DNA from: Candidatus Omnitrophota bacterium
GTDB taxonomy: Bacteria; Omnitrophota; Gorgyraeia; Duberdicusellales; 4484-171
Direction: 5' to 3'
Assembly: GCA_018826075.1 (NCBI GenBank)
Contig: JAHKAJ010000014.1
Coordinates: 20,066 to 84,065 of the forward strand
DNA length: 64,000 bases
Shown: positions 39,842 to 50,190 of the stretch, in pieces
How the letters are laid out: each line of letters begins with the position of its first letter
Position numbering within the stretch: the stretch's first letter is position 1
Program-made: the position numbers and the translations under genes
Notes under the pieces: model-generated
Told to the model about the DNA's origin: nothing
What the model saw: the letters and a program-made list of their open reading frames with translations, nothing else
The model's database searches: none

Positions 39842-40682
39842 TTTTTAGGTCTTCCTCATCTTTTGCTATCTCTTCTAATTCACGAATAGCAATAGTTTTT
39901 TCTTCCTGGGTAGGCGGCCTTCCGTGAAAATCGACAACATGTTCCATAAAAGAAACTCCCTTACCCTTTACCGTATGGGCAACGATCGCTGTGGGTTTTA
40001 GCTTAATCGTTTTTGCTTGCGCAAAAGCCTCCAGTAATTCCTTAATATTATGCCCATCGCACTGGATAACATGCCAGCCGAACGATTCCCACTTATTGAC
40101 TAACGGCTCTAAACTCATAATTTCGTCGGTCCGGCCGTCAATCTGAAAACGATTATAGTCGATGATCGCACAAAGATTATCCAGTTTAAAATGGGCAACT
40201 GCCATTGCTGCTTCCCAAATATTTCCTTCCTGGTTTTCGCCGTCACCGATAAGGCAATAGACTCTTGAGTCTTTGCGGTCGAGCCGGGCTGCCAAAGCCA
40301 TACCTAAAGAAACCGATAAACCTTGCCCTAGTGATCCACTGCCGACCTCAATTCCCGGAGTTCTCCGGTCAGGATGGCCCTGTAAAGTAGAACCTAATTT
40401 TCGCAGGGTCAAGAGTTTTTTCTCGGAAAAATAACCGCATAAGGCCAAAGCCGCATAAACTGCCGGGCAACAATGCCCTTTAGAAAGATGAAACTTATCT
40501 CTTTGCGGCCATTGAGGATTCTTAGGATCATGCCTTAAAACATCAAAATAAAGGCAGGCGATTATTTCTGTTGATGATAACGAACCTCCGGGGTGGCCGG
40601 ATCCGGCTTCGGCCAGCATGGTGATTATAAGCTTCCTCATCTGGTTTGCCTTGGCCTTTAAAACTTTTATTTTATTTTCCAT
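39834..40682 (-). CDS. transketolase N-terminal subunit
   Basis: SGHPGGSLS, SKGH, LQGHP, GSLGQG and the GDGE ThDP motif. Confidence 0.92.
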   Translation of the reverse strand: MENKIKVLKAKANQMRKLIITMLAEAGSGHPGGSLSSTEIIACLYFDVLRHDPKNPQWPQRDKFHLSKGHCCPAVYAALALCGYFSEKKLLTLRKLGSTLQGHPDRRTPGIEVGSGSLGQGLSVSLGMALAARLDRKDSRVYCLIGDGENQEGNIWEAAMAVAHFKLDNLCAIIDYNRFQIDGRTDEIMSLEPLVNKWESFGWHVIQCDGHNIKELLEAFAQAKTIKLKPTAIVAHTVKGKGVSFMEHVVDFHGRPPTQEEKTIAIRELEEIAKDEEDLKNG

Positions 40683-41667
40683 AACGCTGGAGCTTTTCTT
40701 TTAAGTTTATGCTGTCCGGAAAATCATTCAAACCTTCCCGGTAATATTCGATTGCCTTATCCGGATTACCAAACTTTAGATAAAAATCGCCAAGATGTTC
40801 GTAGATTTCCGGATCTTTGGTATTGGCTATGGCTTCTTCCAGATATTTTCGAGCTTTATCAAGATTACCTTTCTTAAAATAAATCCAACCTAAGCTGTCA
40901 AGATAGGCTCCGTTATCCGGTTCAGCCTCCAAAGCCTTATTAAGCATAACCTCGGCTTGATCAAGATTTTCACCGCTTACAGCATAAAGATAGCCTAAAG
41001 AATTTAAAATCGGAGCGTAAGAACCGTCAATAGCCAGACCTTTTTTCCAGGTATCTATTGCCTCCTGGCGGCGGCCGGACTCATCATAAAGGTAACCCAG
41101 CCAAAAAAGAGCCCCAACATGTTTGGGGTTGACCTCAAGTATCCTTTGATATACCCTTATCGCTTCCTGGGGCTGTTTTTTATAAAAATAAAATTGGGCC
41201 AGATATTCGGAAATCCCTACATCCTTGGGTTTAAGCTCGTGAGCTTTCTTCAAAAAACTTTCATATTCCTGTTCAAGTTTTTGGCTGTTATCGGTCAAAG
41301 AATAAACAAAGATCAAAATCCAGGAAATATCCAGATTGTCCGGAGCGATTTTTTTTGCCGCAATCAGGGCGGTTTCAGCCTGATCGATTTTTTCTAAACG
41401 GATCAAAGCTGCGGCTATTTTAAGGCGCAGGTAAATAGAATCAGGGTCTTTTACTTTGGCTTTTTCTAAAAATTCTAAAGCCTGTTGATATTTTCCCTCT
41501 TCAAAATATTGAAGACCTTTTAAATAATCGCTGTAAAGCCTGGTGATACTTTTTTTGTCTTGAGCTAAGGATAAGTTTGAGCCAAAAAAGGAAAATAAAA
41601 TAAGGCAGGCTGAAAAAACAAAAAAAAGGCGTTTAAAATCGAGGCTTAACCCAGCTATTAGCTTCAC
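40672..41667 (-). CDS. exported TPR protein
   Basis: Signal peptide; TPR repeats including LNSLGY, YLDSLGWIYFK and EHLGD. Confidence 0.8.
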   Translation of the reverse strand: MKLIAGLSLDFKRLFFVFSACLILFSFFGSNLSLAQDKKSITRLYSDYLKGLQYFEEGKYQQALEFLEKAKVKDPDSIYLRLKIAAALIRLEKIDQAETALIAAKKIAPDNLDISWILIFVYSLTDNSQKLEQEYESFLKKAHELKPKDVGISEYLAQFYFYKKQPQEAIRVYQRILEVNPKHVGALFWLGYLYDESGRRQEAIDTWKKGLAIDGSYAPILNSLGYLYAVSGENLDQAEVMLNKALEAEPDNGAYLDSLGWIYFKKGNLDKARKYLEEAIANTKDPEIYEHLGDFYLKFGNPDKAIEYYREGLNDFPDSINLKEKLQRYGK

Positions 41668-41760
41668 TTTTATTTCCTGCTTTGACTCTAAGTAAGGTGT
41701 TGTTTTATGAACTGAAAGCCAAACGTTACTGCTAAGAACAATTACAGCTTATAGCCGAGA

Positions 41761-41850
41761 TTAACGAGACTTGTGCCTTTGCTGTTTTCTTCTTTTTTTA
41801 AACCAGTGTCTTTTGACTTTTTTGAGCTTCTTTTTTCTTCCGCAAGGCAT
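41761..41850 (-). CDS. small basic protein, bS22/mS38 (AURKAIP1/COX24)-like ribosomal protein
   Basis: Below the ORF-track cutoff: MPCGRKKKLKKVKRHWFKKRRKQQRHKSR*, with a GGAG RBS 9 nt upstream. Confidence 0.75.
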   Translation of the reverse strand: MPCGRKKKLKKVKRHWFKKRRKQQRHKSR

Positions 41851-41862
41851 ACTTTATTGCTC

Positions 41863-42741
41863 CTAATAGATTACTTTATTCAACGGGTATTCGATGATAC
41901 CTTGAGCGCCTTTTTCTTTAAGCAAAGGAAGTAATTCTCTAACCCGGTTCTCTTCGATGATCACTTCACAGGCAACCCAGCCTTGGAGAGTTAAAGAAGA
42001 AATGGTCGGCTTTTTAAGCGCCGGTAAAAGTGATAATACTTCCTTTAAATTTTCTTGTTTAACGTTTAGTTTCAAGCCGACTTTGCCCCGGGCTTCCAAG
42101 GCGCCTTTTAAAAGTAAGAGCAAATAATTCATTTTTTTATTTTTCCAGACATCCTTAACCGCTGGCTTGTTGGCAATAAACTGGGTAGTCGATAAACAGA
42201 TCGTAGCTATTTCCTTCAGGCCGTTAGCCCGCAGGGATTCGCCGGTTTCAGTAAGTTCAACGATCGCATCGACCAGGCCGCTCCTGACTTTGACTTCAGT
42301 AGCTCCCCAGCTGAATTCGACATCAACCGGTATCTTTTTATTTTTAAAAAACTTTTTAGTATAATTGATAAGTTCAGTAGCTATGCGCTTACCCTTTAGA
42401 TCCTGGAGCTTTTTTATTTTTGAATCATCTTTTACCGCTACCACCCAGCGTACCGGGTTAAGGGTGCGCTTGGCGTAAAGTAATTCGGCCAAACGCAGGA
42501 CGTTTGAGCCGCTGTCCAAGATCCAATCTTCGCCGGTAATGCCGCAATCGAGCACACCGTCCTGGACATAACGGGACATTTCCTGAGCCCGAATAAGGAC
42601 TACTTTGATTTCCGGATCATCAATAGTCGGAAAATAGGAACGGCTGCTGGCGTAGATATTAAACCCGGCCATCCGGAAAATCTCCAAGGTCTTTTCCTGC
42701 AAGCTTCCTTTAGGTATGCCTAATTTTAAAGTTTTCATCAT
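41863..42741 (-). CDS. hisG: ATP phosphoribosyltransferase (long form)
   Basis: GIPKGSL, RAQE, GITGEDW, WGATE, ETGESL and PTIS. Confidence 0.95.
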   Translation of the reverse strand: MMKTLKLGIPKGSLQEKTLEIFRMAGFNIYASSRSYFPTIDDPEIKVVLIRAQEMSRYVQDGVLDCGITGEDWILDSGSNVLRLAELLYAKRTLNPVRWVVAVKDDSKIKKLQDLKGKRIATELINYTKKFFKNKKIPVDVEFSWGATEVKVRSGLVDAIVELTETGESLRANGLKEIATICLSTTQFIANKPAVKDVWKNKKMNYLLLLLKGALEARGKVGLKLNVKQENLKEVLSLLPALKKPTISSLTLQGWVACEVIIEENRVRELLPLLKEKGAQGIIEYPLNKVIY

Positions 42742-42760
42742 TGATCTCCAACGAGTGTTA

Positions 42761-42789
42761 ATTATATACTGGGCTATTTAACTTGTAAA
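42761..42789 (-). promoter_or_regulatory. sigma70 promoter for hisG
   Basis: TTTACA-17-TATAAT on the minus strand. Confidence 0.6.
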
Positions 42790-42864
42790 GAAAAATATTG
42801 TAAACGCTTACTGACCGGTTCACCTATCATCTTGAAACTCTTAGCTTAAAGATGTTATCTTTTA

Positions 42865-42942
42865 GGTGAGACTCTCTGTAATATGGGGGTCTATCTAGCC
42901 ACGGACCCTCTCTCCGGTTTCCGGGGAGGGGGGTCTTTTTTT
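42865..42942 (+). ncRNA. candidate small non-coding RNA
   Basis: TTGAAA-18-TATCTT (extended TG) upstream, two hairpins with plus-strand G-U pairs, then a T7 tail; no plus-strand CDS nearby. Confidence 0.45.
42904..42942 (+). terminator. intrinsic terminator (plus strand)
   Basis: GC-rich stem gaccctctctccgg-ttt-ccggggagggggggtc followed by a T run. Confidence 0.7.
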
Positions 42943-44458
42943 AACGCACAAAAAGGCTTTTTGAGGAAAAATTCGGGTCGCTGGTAAGATTCACTCCCAG
43001 GCGGCGCAAACCGGCTTCATCGCCGGGTGCCGGTATATGGGTGGTGTGCACTTCGCAACCGGAGAGTTCTCTCAATTTCTCCATGGCTAATTGAGCAGTA
43101 GGATTGGTGGTGGCGCTGATGCTCAAAGCGATCAAAGCTTCTTCCAAATCTAGACTAACTGACTTTGCTCCGGAAATATTTTTTTTAAGGTTAGCTATGG
43201 ACTCCATTATTGATGGTGAAAGTAAGTGGATCTTATCGGGAATATCAGCTAATTTTTTTATTGAATTTAAAACCAGGCTGGCGGTCGCATGCATCAAGGT
43301 TGAATTCTTTCCGGTGATTATCTCTCCATTTTTCAATTCAATGGCAGCTCCGCAAAAAATTCCTTCGTTACCCTGATCTTTATCCTGGCCTTCTTTGGCT
43401 GCTTTTTGAGCCGGTTCCACCACCTTTCGGTCTAAAGCCTTGAGCCCCAACTCATCCATGATCAACTCTACTCTTTGTACAGTCTCTTTATCGACAAAAC
43501 CCATAATATATTCACAACTGTACCGGAAATATCTGCGGATAATCTCTTGCTTAGAGGCCTCACGAACCACTTGATCATCGATAATTCCGAATCCGGCCCG
43601 GTTCACTCCCATATCAGTGGGTGATTTATAGAATGATTCATGGCCGGTTATCTTTTCTAAAATCCTTTCTAATAAAGGAAAAGCTTCCACGTCACGGTTA
43701 TAATTAACCGCCGTAGCCTGATAAGCCTCTAAATGAAACGGATCAATGAGGTTGAAATCTCTAATATCAGCAGTAGCAGCTTCATAAGCTATATTTACCG
43801 GATGCTTAAGCGGCAGGTTCCAGATCGGAAAGGTTTCAAATTTGGCATAGCCGGCCTTGACCCCCCGCTTGTATTCATGGTAACACTGAGAAAGGCAGGT
43901 AGCCAGTTTTCCGCTTCCCGGGCCGGGACCGGTTACCACCACCAGGGGCTTTTCGGTTTCAATATATTCATTGGCGCCGTAACCCTCATCGCTAACGATC
44001 AGGTCTACCTCGGTAGGATAACCTTTAGTAAACTGATGAGTATAGACTTTCACATTGCGCCGCTGAAGTTTATTTTTAAAGATCTTAGCCGCCGGTTGAT
44101 TATTAAAACGGGTTATTACTACCGCCGCTACATTTATCTCCCAGCTGCGCAAATCATCAATAAGTTTTAAAGCATCAACATCATAGGTAATACCGAAATC
44201 AGCCCTCACTTTTCTGCGTTCAATATCCCCGGCATAAATACAAAGGATGATATCAGCTTTATCTTTGAGCTGCTTTAAAAGGCGTATCTTAACATTGGGG
44301 TCAAACCCCGGTAAAACCCGGGAAGCATGGTAGTCAAAAACTATTTTGCCGCCGAATTCAAGATAGAGCTTGTTGTCAAAGCGCTTCACCCGTTCCAAGA
44401 TCGCTTGGGTCTGTTCAGCTAAATATTTTTCATTATCAAAGCCGGTTGATTTTGCCAT
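42941..44458 (-). CDS. DUF1846 / UPF0371 family protein
   Basis: [39 protein letters not shown] and SPTDMGVN. Confidence 0.88.
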   Translation of the reverse strand: MAKSTGFDNEKYLAEQTQAILERVKRFDNKLYLEFGGKIVFDYHASRVLPGFDPNVKIRLLKQLKDKADIILCIYAGDIERRKVRADFGITYDVDALKLIDDLRSWEINVAAVVITRFNNQPAAKIFKNKLQRRNVKVYTHQFTKGYPTEVDLIVSDEGYGANEYIETEKPLVVVTGPGPGSGKLATCLSQCYHEYKRGVKAGYAKFETFPIWNLPLKHPVNIAYEAATADIRDFNLIDPFHLEAYQATAVNYNRDVEAFPLLERILEKITGHESFYKSPTDMGVNRAGFGIIDDQVVREASKQEIIRRYFRYSCEYIMGFVDKETVQRVELIMDELGLKALDRKVVEPAQKAAKEGQDKDQGNEGIFCGAAIELKNGEIITGKNSTLMHATASLVLNSIKKLADIPDKIHLLSPSIMESIANLKKNISGAKSVSLDLEEALIALSISATTNPTAQLAMEKLRELSGCEVHTTHIPAPGDEAGLRRLGVNLTSDPNFSSKSLFVR

Positions 44459-44469
44459 AAAACTCCTGT

Positions 44470-47400
44470 TTACCTGATTTTTCCGGAAACCGCAAATAAC
44501 TCCTTATGGTAATCCTGCAGTGACTTTACCGAGATCTTGCTCATTTTAGCCGCTTCAATACCTTCAATGCTGGCCTTAGCCGCAGCCACTGAAGTAATGT
44601 AAGGAACTTTATATTGTATAGCCTGCATACGGATGTAACTATCGTCATGTTTGCTGCTTAAACCTAAAGGGGTGTTAATGATCAGATGGATTTCCTTATT
44701 CTTTATTGAGTCGACGATATTCGGCCTTCCTTCATGCAGCTTGTTGATCAAAACATTTTCCACAGCTTTGTCATTTAAAAACCGGCTGGTACCTTCAGTT
44801 GCGTAGATGGTAAACCCCAGCTTCTTGATCCGTTTAGCTATCGGGAGAATATAGTCTTTGTCCCGATCCGCCACGGTCAGTAGAATATTTCCCTCCAGGG
44901 GAAGTTTCGTGCCCACGGCTTCCTGAGCCTTGTAAAACGCCACCCCGAAGCTGTCGGCAATCCCCATGACTTCACCGGTCGCCCGCATTTCCGGGCCAAG
45001 CAAAGGATCCACTTCCGGAAACATGTTAAAAGGAAATACCGCCTCTTTAACTCCCACATAAGGAAGTTTGTAAACCCTTAATTCGGGAAAATTATTAAGT
45101 TTCTTGCCCAGCATTATTTGAGTAGCTATGTGTGCTATCGGTATGCCGGTCATCTTAGAGACTATCGGCACTGTCCGGGAAGCCCGGGGATTAGCCTCTA
45201 AGATATAGACCTGGTCATCGCAGATAGCATACTGGATATTTATCAACCCGACTACTTTGAGCTCTTTAGCAATTTTAGCTGTATACTGCTCAATGGTTTC
45301 CAAATGCACTTTCTTAATAGTCCGGGGAGGAATAGCGCAGGCCGAATCACCGGAATGAACTCCGGCCAGTTCTATATGTTCCATGACCGAAGCCACAAAA
45401 CAGTTTTCACCGTCAGAAAGAGCATCGACTTCGGTTTCAATAGCCTGCTCCAGGAACCGGTCAATAAGCATCGGATATTCCGGACTGACCTGGATTGCTT
45501 CCTCAGCATAACGCCGCAACATCACCTCATCATAAATAACTTCCATTCCCCGGCCACCCAGGACAAAAGAAGGCCGTACCATCAACGGATAGCCTATACT
45601 TTGAGCTATTTCAACCGCTTCGTTCAATGAACGGGCAATCCCTCCGGCAGCTTGGGGGATCTCCAGCTCGATCATCCTTTTGCGAAAGTATTCCCGGTCC
45701 TCAGCCAAACGAATACTTTCCGGTGAAGTCCCCAATATCTTCACACCGTTATCTTTTAATTCCTGAGCAATGTTTAAAGGAGTCTGGCCGCCGAATTGGA
45801 CTATCACCCCTTCGGGCTTTTCCTTTTCATAAATCGTCAATACATCCTCAACTGTCAACGGTTCAAAATAAAGTTTATTCGAAGTATCATAATCAGTAGA
45901 AACTGTTTCCGGGTTGCAGTTGATCATAATTGATTCATAGCCTTCATCGCGAAGAGCAAAAGCAGCATGGACACAAGTGTAGTCAAACTCAATACCCTGG
46001 CCGATCCGGTTAGGGCCGCCGCCAAGAATCAATATTTTGCGCTTGTTAGACACTGAAACCGTATCTTGCTTATTATAGGTAGAATAGTAATAAGCGGCAT
46101 TTTCGACTCCGCTTACCGGAACTGCATCAAAACAGCCGGCTTTACCAAGCTTAATCCTTTTAGTCCGGACTTCTTTTTCAGCTACTTTAAAAAGTTCAGA
46201 CAGGTACCTATCGGAAAACCCCCACTCTTTTGCCTTGATCAAAACCGGAGAAGGCAATTCATTCCAGCTGTATTTAAGCATCTCTTCTTCGAACTCAACC
46301 AGCTCTTTCATCTGGCTAAGAAACCAGCGGCCGATATAAGTTACCTTATATAACTCTTCTACCGATATCCCTCTTCTTAACGACTCATAGATCAAGAATA
46401 TCCTTTCACTGGAAGGGTAGGAAACTCGATTTTTAAGCTCTTCTGAACTCAAAGCTTTAAACTTACTAACCCCTAAACCGTATCGTTTTATTTCCAGGGA
46501 ACGAATTGCCTTTTGAAAAGCTTCCTTAAAGTTTTTTCCGATACTCATCACTTCACCCACAGCCTTCATCTGAGTTCCCAGGATATCTTTAGCCTGAGGA
46601 AATTTCTCAAAAGCCCAGCGGGCAAATTTGATTACTACGTAATCTCCCCAGGGTTCATATTTTTCAAGCGTTCCTTTACGCCAATAAGGAATCTCATCCA
46701 TGGTTATTCCGGCAGCCAGTTTGGTGGAAATCCGGGCAATCGGAAAACCGGTTGCCTTACTGGCTAAGGCTGATGAACGTGAAGTCCGGGGATTGATTTC
46801 AATAACTACCAGGCGGTCATCAACCAAGTTATGAGCAAACTGGATGTTAGTTCCCCCGATAACCCCGATAGCCTCAACTATCCGATAAGAATACTCCTGC
46901 ATTTTCTCCTGCAAGGGTTTAGGCACTGTAAGCATCGGCGCAGCGCAAAAACTATCACCGGTATGCACACCCATAGCATCAATGTTTTCAATAAAACAAA
47001 CGGTGATTTTTTGATTCTTGGCATCGCGGACGACTTCTAATTCCAACTCTTCCCAGCCAATAACCGCTTCCTCAACTAATACCTGGTTAACGATACTGGC
47101 GGCTAAACCGCGGCTAACGATTGTACGCAGCTCTTCAATATTGTAAGCTATTCCTCCGCCGGTTCCGCCCATAGTATAAGCCGGACGCAAAACTACCGGA
47201 TAACCTAATTTTGCCGCAATAGCCTCAGCTTCTTCAACTGACTGGCTGATTTCTGATTTAGGCAGTGGAATATTCAATTTATTCATTGTCTCTTTAAAGG
47301 CTAAACGGTCTTCACCTCTTTCGATAGCATCAGTCTTTACGCCGATGACTTCAACTCCATATTTTTCCAGTACCCCGGCCTTATAAAGAGTCGATGAAAG

Positions 47401-47691
47401 ATTAAGCCCGGTTTGGCCGCCTAAATTAGGCAAAAGCGCATCCGGCCTCTCTAAGGCAATGATTTTTTCCAAAGTCTCAAGATTAAGCGGCTCAATATAG
47501 GTCTTATCAGCCATACCCGGGTCAGTCATGATCGTGGCCGGATTAGAATTAACTAAAACTACTTCATAGCCCTCCTCTTTGAGAGCTTTACAGGCTTGAG
47601 TCCCCGAATAGTCAAATTCGCAGGCTTGTCCGATAATAATCGGTCCTGACCCGATGATCAGCACTTTTTTGATGTCTTGGCGTTTCGGCAT
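44470..47691 (-). CDS. carB: carbamoyl-phosphate synthase large subunit
   Basis: [30 protein letters not shown]; duplicated ATP-grasp domains and an MGS domain. Confidence 0.97.
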   Translation of the reverse strand: MPKRQDIKKVLIIGSGPIIIGQACEFDYSGTQACKALKEEGYEVVLVNSNPATIMTDPGMADKTYIEPLNLETLEKIIALERPDALLPNLGGQTGLNLSSTLYKAGVLEKYGVEVIGVKTDAIERGEDRLAFKETMNKLNIPLPKSEISQSVEEAEAIAAKLGYPVVLRPAYTMGGTGGGIAYNIEELRTIVSRGLAASIVNQVLVEEAVIGWEELELEVVRDAKNQKITVCFIENIDAMGVHTGDSFCAAPMLTVPKPLQEKMQEYSYRIVEAIGVIGGTNIQFAHNLVDDRLVVIEINPRTSRSSALASKATGFPIARISTKLAAGITMDEIPYWRKGTLEKYEPWGDYVVIKFARWAFEKFPQAKDILGTQMKAVGEVMSIGKNFKEAFQKAIRSLEIKRYGLGVSKFKALSSEELKNRVSYPSSERIFLIYESLRRGISVEELYKVTYIGRWFLSQMKELVEFEEEMLKYSWNELPSPVLIKAKEWGFSDRYLSELFKVAEKEVRTKRIKLGKAGCFDAVPVSGVENAAYYYSTYNKQDTVSVSNKRKILILGGGPNRIGQGIEFDYTCVHAAFALRDEGYESIMINCNPETVSTDYDTSNKLYFEPLTVEDVLTIYEKEKPEGVIVQFGGQTPLNIAQELKDNGVKILGTSPESIRLAEDREYFRKRMIELEIPQAAGGIARSLNEAVEIAQSIGYPLMVRPSFVLGGRGMEVIYDEVMLRRYAEEAIQVSPEYPMLIDRFLEQAIETEVDALSDGENCFVASVMEHIELAGVHSGDSACAIPPRTIKKVHLETIEQYTAKIAKELKVVGLINIQYAICDDQVYILEANPRASRTVPIVSKMTGIPIAHIATQIMLGKKLNNFPELRVYKLPYVGVKEAVFPFNMFPEVDPLLGPEMRATGEVMGIADSFGVAFYKAQEAVGTKLPLEGNILLTVADRDKDYILPIAKRIKKLGFTIYATEGTSRFLNDKAVENVLINKLHEGRPNIVDSIKNKEIHLIINTPLGLSSKHDDSYIRMQAIQYKVPYITSVAAAKASIEGIEAAKMSKISVKSLQDYHKELFAVSGKIR

Positions 47692-47761
47692 AAAAAACTC
47701 CTTTGTAAGTATTGATTAATTAGTATTCAAACTCTGCCGCACCTTTAAGCAACCCAGGGCC

Positions 47762-47837
47762 AAAAAATGAGAAAAGCGCCCCCTCTACTTTGTCTAGTAG
47801 AAAACGCGCTTTGTTCATTGGTAATCGGCATCGATTA
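47762..47837 (-). promoter_or_regulatory. carB leader attenuator: tandem small hairpins overlapping an intrinsic terminator (ANTAR-like)
   Basis: TAATC-GATGCC-GATTA and AAC-AAAGCGC-GTT, the latter overlapping terminator AAAGCGC...GCGCTTT-TCTCATTTTTT. Confidence 0.55.
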
Positions 47838-47846
47838 TTACTGCTG

Positions 47847-47874
47847 ATTATCCAACATTCCAATAGTTTGTCAA
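47847..47874 (-). promoter_or_regulatory. sigma70 promoter for carB
   Basis: TTGACA-16-GATAAT on the minus strand. Confidence 0.55.
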
Positions 47875-47932
47875 GGGTAAATTTTGATTTTTTTAGCTAG
47901 ACAAGTAAAAAATAATCTGTTATCCTTTTGTT

Positions 47933-48409
47933 ATGAAACATCAGATCAGAACCGGGGTAAGTTTCGGCTTGACCTCAGGCATCATCACCACTCTTGGGCT
48001 AATGGTCGGCCTTCACTCAGGCACCCAGTCAAAAATAGCGGTTATCGGAGGAATTTTGACTATCGCCATTGCAGACGCTTTCAGCGATGCTTTAGGAATA
48101 CACATTTCCGAAGAATCGGAAAACCGGCATACTCACAAAGAAATTTGGGAATCGACTATCTATACTTTTCTGTCTAAATTCTTTATCGCCCTTAGTTTTA
48201 TGGTTCCCCTCTTAAACTTTACGTTGACCAAGGCAGTTATCATCAGTATTGTTTGGGGAATGTTTCTGCTGGTTGTTTTCAACTTCTATATTGCTAAAAG
48301 CCAGGGCGAACGCCCCTGGAGAGTGGTGGGCGAACATTTTGCTATTGCCTTAGTAGTGATCACCCTTACTCATTTCCTTGGCGACTGGATCCATTCTCAC
48401 CTGAACTAA
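47933..48409 (+). CDS. VIT1/CCC1-family membrane protein
   Basis: FGLTSGIITTLG and ADAFSDALGIHISEE; 5 TM segments. Confidence 0.8.
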   Translation: MKHQIRTGVSFGLTSGIITTLGLMVGLHSGTQSKIAVIGGILTIAIADAFSDALGIHISEESENRHTHKEIWESTIYTFLSKFFIALSFMVPLLNFTLTKAVIISIVWGMFLLVVFNFYIAKSQGERPWRVVGEHFAIALVVITLTHFLGDWIHSHLN

Positions 48410-48415
48410 CTAACT

Positions 48416-48784
48416 CTAAGCCGCTAAAATCAGAACTATCCCAAAAACACAAGCTAACACCGCAAAACCACGCAGGGATTTTGCAGGCTTCTTGATAAAT
48501 TCTTCGGCTTTAGCGGTTATTTTAGAACGGCCGATGATAAACAGAAGCAAGCCTTTAATCAGACTAATGATACCAAAAACAATCACTACCCAAGCAATAT
48601 TGCAACGCACCGCGGCAATCAGAAAAACTATTCCGATAAGGATGCTCAGCAAACTCCCCATATATAAATGATCTGCTTCCATCCAAAACTTAAGCCACTT
48701 TTTGATCTGATCCGGTTTCATCAAAAAAATAACCCCCATGGCAAATACAGCCACACCGATCAACTTAACTAACCCTACCATCAT
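48416..48784 (-). CDS. small 4-TM membrane protein
   Basis: Hydrophobic ORF with a GGAGG RBS. Confidence 0.65.
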   Translation of the reverse strand: MMVGLVKLIGVAVFAMGVIFLMKPDQIKKWLKFWMEADHLYMGSLLSILIGIVFLIAAVRCNIAWVVIVFGIISLIKGLLLFIIGRSKITAKAEEFIKKPAKSLRGFAVLACVFGIVLILAA

Positions 48785-48810
48785 CTTGACCTCCTTTTTA
48801 ACTAATAAAT

Positions 48811-49281
48811 TTATCTTATCCTACGGCTCTTTTTTTGGGAAATTTTAAACTCGGCCGAAGGCGAAAAATCTCCGCTTTGACTAAAACTTTCTGAAAGGTT
48901 CAACTCGCTTAAGTGTAAATAAGATTTGCAATGTCTATGTCGGTGAAAATAACGCGGGTCGCGGGTAACTGCTTTATACTTTGGTTCGATCAATTCAGCC
49001 GACGAAGATTTGAATTCTAAAGTTGACGCTGAAATTTCTTCCTTGATCGATAGGCTATTATCTCCGGAAGGCTGATACTCTTTAAGCGTTCCCTCGAAAG
49101 TTTTACTGGCTACTGAAAATTCCTTAGTCGAGGCAGAAAATTCGCTTTTAGAATTATTTTTATGAGGGACAATCCTAACCCTGGCTAAAGCTGAAAAACA
49201 AACTAAAAATGATATTAAAATAGCTATCGGGTATAAAAAACTTTTTTTTTCGATTACTAAATGCTCAAGTTGATTTTTCAT
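48811..49281 (-). CDS. hypothetical membrane-anchored protein with Ser/Glu/Phe-rich repeats
   Basis: One TM segment followed by EFSAST/EFSVAS/EISAST/EFKSSS repeats; fills the gap downstream of the GAF-ANTAR gene. Confidence 0.55.
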   Translation of the reverse strand: MKNQLEHLVIEKKSFLYPIAILISFLVCFSALARVRIVPHKNNSKSEFSASTKEFSVASKTFEGTLKEYQPSGDNSLSIKEEISASTLEFKSSSAELIEPKYKAVTRDPRYFHRHRHCKSYLHLSELNLSESFSQSGDFSPSAEFKISQKKSRRIR

Positions 49282-49288
49282 AATAATC

Positions 49289-49993
49289 CTAAAACTTCTT
49301 TTTAAGCTCGGCGGCGAGAATAATCGCTTCAGCAATATCTTTCATTGACAGACGCCGGTCCATGCTTGATTTACGGATAAGCGTATAAGCTTCCTCTTCG
49401 CTGATTTTCTGATCCCTCATTAAGATCCCTTTGGCTTTCTCAATCTTTTTCCGGGCTTCTAGTTCTTCCTGGATCACCCGGGTTTTTACCAAAAGCTCGG
49501 TGTTCTCAATAGCTACGGCTGCCTGGTTAGCAATTGTACTTACCAGTTCAATGTCGCTTTTGGTAAATTTGTATACCGCGGTCGTATAGCAATTAATCAC
49601 CCCGATCACTTTTCTCTTAACCATCATCGGAACGCTGATCATCGAAACCAAGCCTTCCCGGCGGGCCAGTTTCTTTTCCTTGTAACGTGTATCCTCCAAA
49701 ACATTGAGAATGGTGACCGGTTTTTTTTCCTTGGCTACAAACCCGACAATACCCTCTCCGACCTTTAAACTCCTCTCGCGCAAATATTCCTGGCTTAAAG
49801 CCTGGGTAGCCCTGATCTTTAACTCCTGACTCTGGGGATCAAGTAGCCAAAGAGCACAAATCTTGGCCTGCATGACATTGGCAGTCAGGGTGACGATCAA
49901 CTTAAGCATATCCTCCAGGTACAGATCAGAAGTGATAGCCTTGGCGATTTTACTTAAGGTATCAACGTAGGTTTTGTAAGAAGTTTTTTTCAT
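49289..49993 (-). CDS. GAF and ANTAR domain antitermination protein
   Basis: GAF (GEGIVGFVA, SVPM, GVINCY), coiled coil, then ANTAR RKKIEKAKGILM...EEEAYTLIRKSSMD. Confidence 0.92.
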   Translation of the reverse strand: MKKTSYKTYVDTLSKIAKAITSDLYLEDMLKLIVTLTANVMQAKICALWLLDPQSQELKIRATQALSQEYLRERSLKVGEGIVGFVAKEKKPVTILNVLEDTRYKEKKLARREGLVSMISVPMMVKRKVIGVINCYTTAVYKFTKSDIELVSTIANQAAVAIENTELLVKTRVIQEELEARKKIEKAKGILMRDQKISEEEAYTLIRKSSMDRRLSMKDIAEAIILAAELKKKF

Positions 49994-50155
49994 AAACCGG
50001 TTTTAGCCTAAAACATGGTTATGCTTATTGTAGCAAGATTTGGGCTTAAATCAACCGCTAATCGCTGCCGGGCTACAATCTAAGCCTCAAATCCTAAAAA
50101 GGGCTTGATTTTTCAAGCATTTTCTTACTTTTAACCTAAAAAATGCAAATTTTGC

Positions 50156-50190
50156 TTGACAAATGTAAAGTTTTGTTTTACACTTGTAAT
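50156..50190 (+). promoter_or_regulatory. glnA sigma70 promoter overlapped by two palindromic operators
   Basis: TTGACA-17-TACACT; palindromes TTGACA-AA-TGTAAA (50156) and TTTACA-CT-TGTAAT (50177). Confidence 0.7.

Noticed and set aside
47735-47812. Possible PyrR-binding attenuator before carB
   Set aside because: CCTTTAAG is on the wrong strand and there is no AGUCCNGNGAGGCU loop; the ANTAR-type architecture fits better.
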